The notes beneath the pieces are model-generated. The model was not told the origin of the DNA. It saw nothing but the letters and a program-made list of their open reading frames with translations, and searched no databases. From Octopus bimaculoides (Eukaryota), in the NCBI RefSeq assembly GCF_001194135.2, contig NC_068993.1, positions 14,859,438 to 14,896,378 of the forward strand: a stretch of 36,941 nucleotides of DNA, given 5' to 3'. Both the position numbers and the translations under genes were made by a program. Shown one piece after another: positions 1 through 11,779 of the stretch; within the stretch, counting starts at the first letter, position 1, and every line of letters starts with the position of its first letter.

Positions 1-6
1 ATATAT

Positions 7-69
<63 letters not shown>

Positions 70-440
70 TGAGTGGATTTGGTTAAAAGAAACTAAATGA
101 AGCCCGAAGAATGTGTGTGTGATTCTGTGCGCGCGCGTCTCCTTATGTCTGAGTGTGCGTGTGTGAATCTGTATGTGTGTGCGTGTTTGTGTGTACGTGT
201 GCGTGTATGTGCATATGTCTTTGTGCGTCTGTCTCCCACTACAACTTGACAACCGATGTCAGAGTGTTTATGTCCCGTCACCTGCCAGTTTTGCAAAATA
301 CGTCTACAGAATAAGTACCAGACTTTCAAGATAATATTAAGAATAGTAAGTACTGGCGTCGAGCCGTTCAACTAAAATCCTTCAAGACTTTGCCCCAGCA
401 TGGCTGCAGTCTTATGACTGAAACAAGAAAAGGATAAAAT
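70..440 (+). mobile_element. SINE family II (octopus-type, internal CA/TG microsatellite), 5'-truncated
   Basis: GAGTGGATTTGG..GAAACT core segment, then a TG microsatellite, then ACAACCGATG..TTTATGTCCC..AGAATAAGTACC..CCCCAGCATGGCTGCAGTC..ATGACTGAAACAAG tail. The same modules recur at 25774, 27272, 28934-30036 and 36640. Confidence 0.8.
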
Positions 441-505
441 ATAACAGCCACATACATTCGGCACTAAGCAGATTTTAGTGACAAGAACACTTGAGTTATT
501 TAGAC

Positions 506-844
506 GAGTGTTTGTCAACCAGGAACTCTGTGAATCCTCGGGTTCCATATAGGGTTTTTAGAGGTCCACACTACCAAAATAGTTAAGTGGGGTCCCACTG
601 TAGTATCTTAAGTCTCCAAGAAACGTTTTCTTTTAAATGTATGTATTGCAAGAATCGGGTTTATTTCTCTGATGTTTTACAAATTTCAGCCTACGCAAGT
701 TAATGTACAAATAACAAAATGGTAATTTTGAAAGAAATTTGTATAAAATTAGCTTTTAAATATCGAATAGCTATGAGGGTCCACCAGTAGAAAGTAATAA
801 TGAAAGGGGCCCTAGGTAAAAAAAAGTGTGGTTGAGAACCATTG
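506..844. mobile_element. hAT (Charlie-like) non-autonomous element / MITE
   Basis: Imperfect TIRs GAGTGTTTGTCAACC (506-520) and GGTTGAGAACCATTG (830-844) resemble the CAGTGGTTCTCAACC-type hAT end. Perfect 8-bp TSD ATTTAGAC at 498-505 and 845-852. Confidence 0.85.
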
Positions 845-892
845 ATTTAGACCAACGCCACATTTGCTAACCTAAAATATTGTCACTTCCAG

Positions 893-1029
893 ACTGTAGC
901 AGGTGTGAAGTTGCTCCACCAAATCCTCTCATGCCACACATCAAAGATGTCATTATGCCAATTATGAATGGATTTGACAGCCTGGCAGAGTCAGCAGTGG
1001 AAGAAACAGAGTTTGGCATCGAACAGTAG
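893..1029 (+). CDS. candidate terminal exon (phase 1), unknown product (D)CSRCEVAPPNPLMPHIKDVIMPIMNGFDSLAESAVEETEFGIEQ*
   Basis: CTAAC branch-point-like motif at 867-871, TTGTCACTTCCAG acceptor, 44 open codons to TAG, raised GC, AATAAA at about 1234. No homolog recognised. Confidence 0.25.
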
Positions 1030-1258
1030 CGAATAACTAATTAAGAAGGCGTAAAATTTGAAAGACCTCAATGGACGAATTGAGAATGAAAATAGAAATG
1101 AAACTAGACTTAAAATCACCGCATATAATCTCCCAAGTTACCTTACAATATCTGAGATCATCTCAGCGTCTTTGATCGCAATCCTAGGAAAATGCAAAGA
1201 AAGTCAGATATCCGGGCTTCGTTAAATATGGGAAATAAATAGAAAATCCTTTTGTTAG

Positions 1259-1500
1259 TTATACATATTAGTTCATGTACATTGCTTTTTCATCATCAGG
1301 AGTTTAGAGTAGGACATAATTGACGAATCTGCTAAGCAGTTAGTTAGAAACTTGGAACGTGTATTTATATTTGGTATAGAAGTATGTATAATTTCCTTTT
1401 GGAAGTTATACATATTACATGCAGGCTACTTTTCCATCAATAGGAGTTTAGAATAGGGCATAACTACCGAACATGCTACACAGTTGAATGCAAAATTGAA
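1259..1500. repeat. degenerate direct tandem duplication, 147-bp period
   Basis: TTATACATATTA at 1259 and 1406. The following segments align (..CATCATCAGGAGTTTAGAGTAGGACATAAT.. vs ..CATCAATAGGAGTTTAGAATAGGGCATAAC..). Confidence 0.7.
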
Positions 1501-2638
1501 CTATGCGTATGCGAATTGTAGTATTTAACCCACTACTTTGCAAATCTTCATTTTTAATATTTTATCCAAATAAATTTGCAGAGGTGAGATAAAATCCGCT
1601 TGAACAGTACCAGTTTTTTCTGGGGAGTTTTTTTCCATCGATTGGAAGTATTTGAACGTAAATTTCAGTGTCTCGACGCGATATACTTTAAGACATTTAG
1701 CCATAAGTGATCTGATCTGTGACTGATTGTTTTTGTATTTCTTTAACCAGGTTTCTCACTATCTTGAAATATAGCAAAGTAAATGATTGGGTTAATATTT
1801 CATAATTTACATTGACAAACATCGGGCATAAATGCTGTGTTGTTATGTTATATTCCTTACCATTATTTAAGGACCAATAATTATAAACTTCATCTTAAAA
1901 TTCACTTCATGCACTGATTAATACTATTTCATGTTAAAGTTCCTTTCTATTTCTCTCTCAACTGCGCATGGCATCGTAGGATTAGCTACGAATCTAGAAA
2001 AATTTAAGACAAGACATTGTTAGCTTTACCAACTCAATCCAACTCAATCCATGATAAACTCGTCAATACCATGGGAAATGTGTATCTTGGACTACATGCG
2101 TCCCATTCGTTTATCTAGTTAATCGTGCAACTTGATGGTCTTTCGCTGTATTCCCAGACCGTCTATTTTAACGAAGATAGATTGTAAGTCTTGAGAAGCT
2201 GGTTGCAATTTCTAGCAAGTTGAATGCATTCGGAGAGGTTCCTATCCTTCGCGAAAAGAGACGGTAACATTAATATTCAATATCTTCCACTGGGTAAATA
2301 TGAGTTAAGTGAAATTGAAATGTAACAAGCTAAAAACTAAAAAGTATGTCACAGACAGCGGAAAGCTTCCCGACAACTCTACGCGCACTTAATACATTAT
2401 ACATATCTACATTCTTTCGTACATACATACATACATACATTCATATGTATGTGTGTGTGTGTGTATACACACACACATANNNNNNNNNNNNNNNNNNNNN
2501 NNNNNNNNNNNNNNNNNNNNNNNNNNNNNNNNNNNNNNNNNNNNNNNNNNNNNNNNNNNNNNNNNNNNTATATATATATATATATATGTATGTATATATA
2601 TATATATACATATATATGTATGTATGTATATATATATA

Positions 2639-2687
<49 letters not shown>

Positions 2688-3219
2688 ATGTATGTATGCA
2701 TGTGTGTATGTATGTACGTATATGCACACACTATTTCTAACAGGCATATGTTGTAAGTTCATGCATGTAAACACACTCTTCTTGTTTTATATATGTAATT
2801 AGACATGTTAACGTTGACCTTATGTCTAAGTGCAGTATAGATTGTATACATAAATATTGTTTGAAAAATTCAAAAGATTTTTAATGCAACGTTCTTACTT
2901 CCACCAGTTTATCTCCATGATGTTTACTTTCAATTAAACTTTCAATGACATCTTGTTATTGTCTTTTAAAATTTAAATTCCTTTGTTCTTCTAGCAAATA
3001 TATTTGTTTTATGAGATAAAACTGAACCAGACTAAATCTTTTGACAACATCAAAATGTGTTCTATCAATTCTTTCGGACTTTTAGTCTGCGGTTGTCAAC
3101 ATTGATCTTGTAATTCTTTTCTCTTTTTCTCTACGTTCCGCATAACAAAACAACCGTTCATTGAATACGCACTCTATTTTTAGTTCTTTCCATTCTTATT
3201 AGTATTCATATTGCCAGTA

Positions 3220-3342
<123 letters not shown>

Positions 3343-3365
3343 ATGTCAGAAATGTTCTGTTACTA

Positions 3366-4098
3366 GTACTATGATCGGTAGAGTGTCGAACAAAATTGTT
3401 TGCGTTAGTTTTCCTAGTTGATTATATCCTGAGTTCAAACTACACCAGGGTCAACTATAGTTTTTATTTCTTTCAGATCGAATAGACAGAATCACTGACA
3501 AATATTGTGGATCAATTTAGTCAGCGAGGAACAAAGTCCTTTGCGTTAGTTTTCACTGTTTCTGACGCCCTAAGCTCAAATTCCACCGAGGCCGCCCAAT
3601 TTATTTTTTTTATATTTTGGGATCGAGACGATAAAGTCCCAATCAAATACTGTGGATTGATTTAGTCGATTAAACTTCTTCTCCCCATGAAAATTTCAAA
3701 CATTATGCTTAGATTAGAATCAAATATAATTTAGAGCTGTGAAGTCCTCGGACTCGCTGAATCGTTAGACAGTCAGAAAAAATATCTTACGGAATTACTT
3801 TTTAACTATTTATTTTCTAATTTCAAATCGAACCTAGTTCGAATTTACAGTTCATCCTTTCAGTTTCACAGGATAAAGTACCACAAATTATGAGGTTATA
3901 GTAGCGACACCTCAAAATTTCTGGCCTTGGGCCTATATCGTAAATAGTTGCTTAAGTCAGGGGGTTGGCAGAGTCGTTAGAGTGTTGCACAAATTGGATA
4001 GTGTTATTTTCAAGTACAAATTACGTCGAAGTCAACCTCCTCTAGTTTTAATGTTGTTGTTATCATCATTGTTGTTGTTGCTGATGTTGCTGTCGTCG

Positions 4099-4136
<38 letters not shown>

Positions 4137-4330
4137 AAGGCGGCGCGCTGGCAGATTGTTAACACGCTAAGAAAATGCCTAGTGCCATTTCATCCTGCTT
4201 TACCCTTTGATTTCCGACGATGTCGACGTTGTCATTCATCTTTTCGGGTCGATGGAATAAGGACCAGTTGAGGATTGCCCGCACAATTTCATACCTTGTA
4301 ACGTGTTTCAGCTGCATCACAAACTCTACT
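3366..4330 (+). mobile_element. head-to-tail cluster of about 5 degenerate family I SINE copies
   Basis: Recurring heads (TTGGCAGAGTCGTTAG at about 3965; GGCGGCGCGCTGGCAGATTGTTAACACG at 4139), B-box-like GAGTTCAAAC (3431) and AGCTCAAATTCC (3573), and TTCATCCTTT..AAGTACC segments. Confidence 0.6.
4060..4136. repeat. (GTT)n microsatellite
   Basis: Direct reading; source of the poly-Leu ORF 3982-4170. Confidence 0.95.
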
Positions 4331-4827
4331 CTATGTTCCAGGGTGGAAGAGATAGGGAAATTCGAAATATGTGTCAGCATGCGGACACAAGTACAAAAGG
4401 ATTGTAACAGCTATTACCTTTGTGTCAGTAATAAGCATTTCAGGGATTTCATTCATAATGACTAATATGTGCATGAAGTGACGCTATACAAGCTAACAAG
4501 AGAACAGCGGATTTCAGTGTTTGCTGTCCGAACAGTAACATCGGTCATATCTCCAGATGTAGTGGACGTGGACAAATACCCATTAGTAAATGGAGTTTGA
4601 TGCAGTGGAGAGAGGTAGAAAGAGTGCGAGAAATAAAAAGCTGAGCTGAGCCAAAAGGAGCTTAGACGCTGGAATAGGATCGTGACTCAGTCCGTGTTTC
4701 AACATTTCATTAATTCAAGATAGAAATACAAACATAGTGTGTAATCTGTAGGTAAGAAGACCATGAATTTTTTTCTACTATAGACACAAGGCCCGAAATT
4801 TTAGGGAGGGCGCCCAGTCAATTACCG

Positions 4828-5063
4828 TTTCTTATTTCTTTACTGCCCACAAGGGGCTACACACAGAGGGGACAAACGAGGACAGACAAACAGATGAATT
4901 CGATTACATCGACCTTAGTACGTAACTGGTACTTATTTAATCGTCACCGAAATAATGACAGGCAAAGTCGACCTCTGCGGAATTTGAACTCAGAACGTAA
5001 CGGCAGACGAAATACCGCTAAGCATTTCGCCCGGCGTGCTAACGTTTCTGCCAGCTCGCCACC
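4828..5063 (-). mobile_element. full-length tRNA-derived SINE, family I
   Basis: Reverse complement reads GGTGGCGAGCTGGCAGAAACGTTAGCACGCCGGGCGAAATGCTTAGCGG..GAGTTCAAATTCCGC (Pol III A and B boxes) through to the AAAGAAATAAG tail. Highly similar to 18880-19112 and 22338-22570. Confidence 0.92.
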
Positions 5064-6465
5064 TTCACAAATGACCAAGAATTGCGTTACGAAGATGTCA
5101 TGTGGAGTAAGTTAATACATTTTCTTATTTTTGCATACGATCAAAGACTTTTCATTTTTGTGTAGACGTAGATATATAATACTTCGATATATATCAGAGC
5201 AGCAGGCATACAGCACTAATATAATTTCCTAATGTTTTATCCTCCTTGTCATAATTACTATCTTAATCTGTCAGAATGAATTATTTAGAGGATTACGTAT
5301 ATTTAATTCCTGCGAATATTATTAATAAAACTTTTTCGTATTTTCACCGCGTTTCTATATATTTACTCATATCACTTTTTTCTAAAAGATGGATGTTTCT
5401 TTACTTGTCTTGCAGTTGATCTGCAGTTTATTCATACATGTGCAAGTAAATATTAACTCTGTATATTTGTGTGTGCACCAATCTTTTTTAACACAAATAA
5501 TTACGCATGTATGTAAACATAATATTAGATATTAAGACATGTTTCAAAATAAATAATTGTATTTTGTCTTGACTGTGGATAGGTAGTCAAAAACATATAT
5601 CGAAATATGCCTTTTACGTTAATAAATACATTAAAGCGTTAATCTTTAATACAACCTAAATTTGCTAGAGCCGAAGACCTCGATGACTGAGACCTATATA
5701 CATTCCATGCACATATCCACAGGAATGATTTCTTTTATCGAGGCCAATACATAACCATATTATAATAAAAATGGACGTTTAAGATATATGAAAAAGGTTA
5801 AAAACTATGTTATTTAAACACGAAAGAAAAGTCAGAGCAATATTTGAATATCAGTACGTCCGTTTATACACGAGCTATTTAAGATAAATTGTTTTTAACT
5901 AGGTTAGAAGAAATGATAAATGTAATTGCATAGCAAGATGTAAGCATTTCACATTCTAATATGGAAGCACTGCTAGAAGTAAGATATTTAATTGAATCGA
6001 TCGGGAAAAATGCCTACTCGGTAGATCTTTGAAGGCAAGAGGAGCATTACGTTAAACAATGTTCAACATTTACATTGCAAAATAAACGTTATACTTTGTT
6101 GAACCCTCGGAAGAATGAGTAGAAGTGTGGTTAGACTTATCGCTTGATGCATGTTTTGTATTGTAAAATTGAGAAAAAGCAAACAACAAGCAAATCATGG
6201 TGCGTCACATATGCCATACAGTGGTTTCGCAATGCAGGAGATCGGCACCGACATTTTATGAGAATCAGGGTCACTGATATTGATAATATTGTTAGTTCTT
6301 GTCAAAGTTTGATGCTCTCCGAGAAAATACTGACAGCGAAGATGGCCAAAACTGATATGTCTTAGGTGACGTCTCATACACATATAATTTTGAATGACTC
6401 ACACAAACTAGAGAATCTTGTTTCCGAATATGATTAATTAAAATTTATATCTCCTACTATGAAAA

Positions 6466-6650
6466 AGCGGCGAGATGGCAGAATCGTTACTTTTACGACA
6501 TTTCGTCCGCTTTCACGTTCTTAGTTCGAATTTCGCCGAGATCGAATTTGCCTTTCATCGATACCATTAGTGCCAGATGAACCCTGGGATTGATTTAATC
6601 ATTTCAGCCCCTCTGACAAGCCTGCTGGCCTTGTTCCAAAATTTAAAACT
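6466..6650 (+). mobile_element. family I SINE, short-tail variant, degenerate
   Basis: GCGGCGAGATGGCAGAATCGTTA head, GTTCGAATTTC B-box, CCTTTCATC segment. Confidence 0.75.
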
Positions 6651-7223
6651 ATTCTGAAGAACATTGAATAATGCGATTTTAATATCGCCCACTACTGTTA
6701 AGAACTTATATATTTCGTAATGCCACTCAGTTTAAAACAAACTACTTCGATGAAATTAATGATATCTGGAATTATGGTTATCTTGATTATATTTGTAATA
6801 GTGAAGTCCGTCAAATATATCGACATTCTGTTGTTGTCATAAACCGTTTATTGTGAATATTTCAGCGCGTGTTATTGTTTTAAAAATAATATAACTGGTG
6901 TGAGCGGTTTATACTATTTCTATTATATATGTGTGGGCGCATGCGCGTGAAGTGGGGAATATGCTTGAATGTGTGTGTGAATGTGAATGTGCATGTGTAT
7001 GTGCTAAATATTCCTCCGCTTATATTTTCCTAATTTTTCACTAAGGCAGAGAGACAGTCTCTGACACAGACACAGGAATTTATTATCGAAATTGTTATAA
7101 CTAATGTGCAGTTATAGAGGTTGTCCATAAATGACCTTTACAATTTGATAAAAGATAATTTAGGTACAGACAGTTTATATTTATGCGGATGTGTATATAT
7201 ATATATGTGGGTGTGTGTGTGTT

Positions 7224-7258
<35 letters not shown>

Positions 7259-7470
7259 ATGCATGGATATATGTATGTGTACGTATATATCTATGTGATG
7301 TAGTGGAAATGTATTAGGGTCTAATTCGTACACGTCCCAGAATAGTAGGTGATAATATTAAGAAATAAAAAAATAAATAAACCAAAGAAGGTAATATACA
7401 ATCTTTTATGTCTAAATCTAGAACGCATGTCACCCTGTAATACATAGAGATAGATAGACAGACAGACAGA

Positions 7471-7505
<35 letters not shown>

Positions 7506-7832
7506 NNNNNNNNNNNNNNNNNNNNNNNNNNNNNNNNNNNNNNNNNNNNNNNNNNNNNNNNNNNNNNNNNNNNNNNNNNNNNNNNNNNNNNNNNNNNNNN
7601 NNNNNNNNNNNNNNNNNNNNNNNNNNNNNNNNNNNNNNNNNNNNNNNNNNNNNNNNNNNNNNNNNNNNNNNNNNNNNNNNNNNNNNNNNNNNNNNNNNNN
7701 NNNNNNNNNNNNNNNNNNNNNNNNNNNNNNNNNNNNNNNNNNNNNNNNNNNNNNNNNNNNNNNNNNNNNNNNNNNNNNNNNNNNNNNNNNNNNNNNNNNN
7801 NNNNNNTGTGACACACGAAACCTGTGTCCTTT

Positions 7833-7974
7833 ATAACCTTCGAACAGGGGAGGTCAGCAGTGTCCCCCTGCTGGTTTGGCATCTGCAGACTAGTTTCAGG
7901 GTGTTGCCCCTTGTCAATGCAGAGCAGCCAAGCCCTAGCCAGGCGGCGCTGCTGACTATCTGCTCGAAGGTTAT
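7833..7974. other. 142-nt imperfect inverted repeat / long fold-back hairpin
   Basis: ATAACCTTCGAACAG (7833-7847) pairs 14/15 with CTGCTCGAAGGTTAT (7960-7974). GTCAGCAGTG (7853-7862) pairs with CGCTGCTGAC (7947-7956). Nested inner stems TTGGC/GCCAA, TCTGCA/TGCAGA, GAC/GTC, AGGG/CCCT. Confidence 0.8.
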
Positions 7975-7980
7975 TTATCT

Positions 7981-8070
7981 AATTTCAGTGGAATCTATAT
8001 ATATATAATTTCAGTGGAATCTATATATATATAATTTCAGTGGAATCTATATATATATATATATATATAT
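7981..8070. repeat. 3 x 26-bp tandem unit AATTTCAGTGGAATCT(AT)5 ending in (TA)n
   Basis: Units start at 7981, 8007 and 8033. Confidence 0.95.
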
Positions 8071-9123
8071 AAAGTTACAGAGCGGCTCAATGATCGAGAT
8101 TTTCATGCATTCCCACTTAAATTGTTTTCAATTTCTGCAGACAGACCGATGTCAATAAACTTAACTCTCCTCTCTTGAATTACTTTATGACTTCTTTCGT
8201 TTAATACTATTATAATATGCAAAGACACACGCACACATGCGTATATGTATACATGTGTGTGTGTGTGTGTGTGTGTGTATTTTGTGTTTGTATTTATGTA
8301 TGTATGTATTTTGTGTTAGTATGTTTGCGTGTATGTTGTGCGCATGTGTGATTTTGTGCGTGCAATTTATGAATTTCTCGAGATACGACCTTATCAAATG
8401 CATTTTAAATTAGAATTTTGTTAAATATCTCACTATCGCGTGCCTCATTTTTTTTCTATCGTGTATTTTAATTTTCAAAACCTGTTACTCCTTCCATCAA
8501 TAGAGGCACAGAATTTTACATATGTCTGTAATTTAAAAAACATTTTCAATTTTATGGACACCAACTATTTATATTTTTACAACCATGCATGATTATATTT
8601 CTTCGATGAAGCCTTTATATCAATTCGAAATCATACAAATTGATATGAATGCGTCGGCATGCAGCAGTTGACTTATAAGACATTGAAGCGAAATAATGAT
8701 AAATATCTAAACTTGGTTTTGTCCTAAATGTGCTTTCATATCTCTTCCTATGCCATTAACATTTTCCCAAGATAAGAATACTGAGTCATAATGCATAGCG
8801 AAGTGAACTATATTACATCATATTACTAATTACATATTTCGGGAATATAACGACAATAAATCTTCATTTTGTCGCAGTTATAATTTCTCTAAATGGCGGT
8901 TTTAATATATACATATATATATCCGATAATTCTTATATAGAGATATAACGCTGTTTTGTTTTTTTGTTGCTTTTTTTCTAAATTATTTGAACTCCTATGT
9001 ATTACCCTTCATTTATATTGACGATTAATAATTATTTTCATTTAATTTAAATGACAGATGCAGAGATATATAAATGTCTATATACATATACATGAGTGTA
9101 TGTGTGTATGTGTGTGTGTGTGT

Positions 9124-9167
<44 letters not shown>

Positions 9168-9361
9168 TATAGAGAGATGCATACAAAGGGAGAGATATAA
9201 ACGAACAATCTGGCCTATATGTAAAGATATATGCACGTATATATATACATATACACAACACACTCACAACGCTCACGCACAAACACACATGGACATATAC
9301 ACACAGGAATACAAACATACACAGATGTAGCCGTAGGAGATGCACACAATACCCCGTAGAT

Positions 9362-9365
9362 ATGC

Positions 9366-9401
<36 letters not shown>

Positions 9402-9402
9402 T

Positions 9403-9468
<66 letters not shown>
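9362..9468. repeat. (GATA)n microsatellite
   Basis: Direct reading. Similar arrays lie at 5-70, 14103-14177 and 22640-22725 (CTAT strand). Confidence 0.97.
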
Positions 9469-9469
<1 letters not shown>

Positions 9470-9971
9470 GAATTTTTATTTAGATGTAGAAAGTCATAGT
9501 CAAATACATCCATTATTAATATAAAGAGTATTAATGATGTAAATAATGTTCGTTATAAAGAGAACGCATAACCTTAGCCCATATTTCTTCAATCTCTTAC
9601 TTACTACTATAATTTCCTCCACTGAAATTCTTTCACTTTTGCTATATTAATTGGTGAAAGTTTAAATCTCGCAATCTACCGCATCTACACTCTCCGAATT
9701 CACATCTTGTCTAGCGGTAATTATATGTCATAAAAACCATTTCTATTGTTATATGACCTCGAAAGACCTCCATTTTCATGTAGTAATTTATGTTATGATT
9801 TAACTGACTATCTTTCTGATATACGTCCCCTACTCCTCTGAGAAATGATTACTTATTGTCCCAGACTAATGCACTATTTTCAGCTCCGTTTGCAGTGCAT
9901 TGACGACGCAGTACTTGAGATATGCTCCGGTACTAAATATTATCGAAATAGGATAATGTTGTTGTTGTTGC

Positions 9972-10023
<52 letters not shown>
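9972..10023. repeat. (ATT)n microsatellite
   Basis: Direct reading. Confidence 0.95.
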
Positions 10024-10026
<3 letters not shown>

Positions 10027-10180
10027 AATATTCTGATTCTCATTATTATTGTTGTAGATGTTGCTGTCGTAGTTGTTGTTGTTTTACTTCTCAGAGAGCT
10101 CGGTCGTGTTTGCTCAGTTTGATTCTGTGAGAGCGGACAACATCTGTTGTCAGAAGTCTCACAGGGTCCCTTTCTGCATT

Positions 10181-10390
10181 GCCGAGATGGCAGAATCGTT
10201 AGCACGCCGGTTAAATTGCTTATCGGCATTTCGTCCATCTTTACGTTCTGAGTTCAAATGCCGCCATGGTTGGTTTTGACATTCATCATTTCAGTTTCGA
10301 TGAATTAAGTAACAGTGAAACACTAGAGTCGACGTAATCAATCCATTTACTCCCCCAAGATCGCTGATCTTGTGGAAAAATTTGAAACCA
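10181..10390 (+). mobile_element. family I SINE, short-tail variant
   Basis: GAGATGGCAGAATCGTTAGCACGCCGG head, GTTCTGAGTTCAAATGCCGCC B-box region, AAATTTGAAACCA tail. Confidence 0.85.
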
Positions 10391-11289
10391 TTATTTCCTT
10401 TATATTCTCCTTGATGCTTTCTGATACATTTCCCAAGGATCCAACAATAACTGGAACTATCTTCACCTTCATTTTCCATAGCCGAGGTATTTCCAACTTA
10501 AGACGGTTGTATTTATCTATTTTTTCGCCTCCTTTCTTAAATTTCCGTGTGTGACAGGGGCATGTTGGATATATCAGTAGAAATATATCACACTATGGTT
10601 TACCAATTCCCAATAGTCTTAAAATTTCTTAGAAGTTATAAATACACAATAATTAATCGCAAACTATCAAAGAATTAAATTAAAAATTAAAACACTTTTG
10701 GCTGTTCTTTTCATGTGTTTACCTCTAAAATTTATTTTGTACATTCCTTGTGCAAAATGAGATTAGAAAAAATAACATTATTTAATTTGTTAAATATTTA
10801 CTGTACTTTCTTCCAAACCTCATGGCATACTGTCACAGTTTTGACGAAACTTGTATAATTTAATTTAGATGTAAGTCTCAGGTTTGTTTCTACAAGTTTT
10901 GAAATGTTGATAATGTATGTTCGATTCTAAGCTTTTACGGGTGTTTATCCTTGGGGGTGAACCCATATAGATCGGAGCTTAGAATATGCAAAATGTTGTA
11001 ACCTCCGCCTAATCACCCGGAAAAAAAAAGTAACATAAATGAAGTTGAAACTGGCGGAACACTTGCACTTTGACTAACATATGGTCACGTCTAAATATGT
11101 AGTTTATCAAGTATATCAATCTCAAACAGACAGAGGTTGTGGCTCTAATAATATTTTTTTTTCTTTTGCACGAAAACAAGTTTTGAAGGGAGGGATTGTA
11201 TTTAGGAACCCCGGCACTTGACTTCTACATTATTTTATCCTTTCTGAAAGATGAAAAGTGAAGTTAAACTGGAACAGGCAGATGAAGGC

Positions 11290-11700
11290 CAGATTTCAGA
11301 AAGGAATCCTGTTTGCAGCCTGTCGATTACAGCAGAATACACCAATAACAATTCCAATACGCTGTCACCACATTATCCTTGTGGTGACTCTCATTTTACT
11401 ACTGTGTTCCCTGTTCCTCCGATTCATACCACCTTCAAACAAAAGTATTCAAAGCAATATTCTTGCCTCTCTTGTCATTCTTCTTGTCTCCCAGAACCTC
11501 GCATTGCAGTAGCTATATCATCCCATCTTTCCTCCTTGGAGAATCAAGCTCATAAATTTGCTTCCTGTTCATTTTCCTTTTACCATAAGACATCAACGCA
11601 CAGCTTCTTAAAGAAAACGTCAGGTTTCATACACGTGAACAGTGTCTCAAGGCCTACAGTATTCATTGTTATAGTCTACCTTCACAAATCCATACAATTA
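11290..11700 (-). mobile_element. decayed LINE apurinic-endonuclease region, RTE-like
   Basis: Minus-strand frames, broken by stops and shifts, give TITMNTVG..KKLCVDVL, WETRRMTREARIL and KMRVTTRIMW..IVIGV. These resemble the ordered RTE motifs GTLNVGT..VD..QETRWKG..AR and KRVSDRIM..VISAY. Confidence 0.4.
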
Positions 11701-11716
11701 TACGAGGATCTCCCTC

Positions 11717-11778
<62 letters not shown>
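11717..11778. repeat. (AGT)n microsatellite
   Basis: Direct reading; source of poly-Ser in ORF 11251-11802. Confidence 0.97.

Positions 11779-11779
<1 letters not shown>

Noticed and set aside
1751-1778. Micro-exon candidates with good splice signals (1751-1778, 5416-5445, 9883-9929)
   Set aside because: Such short AG..GT segments arise often by chance in AT-rich DNA; there is no homology or frame chain to support them.
2346-2802. HT/VC/YI-rich ORFs here and at many other positions
   Set aside because: Translations of CA/TG/TA dinucleotide repeats and gaps.
4530-4705. Possible RTE LINE 3' relic (GHISR..GRG..W..DRD)
   Set aside because: Too few matching residues to support a call.
7981-8058. 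CRISPR-like direct repeats
   Set aside because: Directly adjacent units without unique spacers, eukaryotic context, no cas genes.
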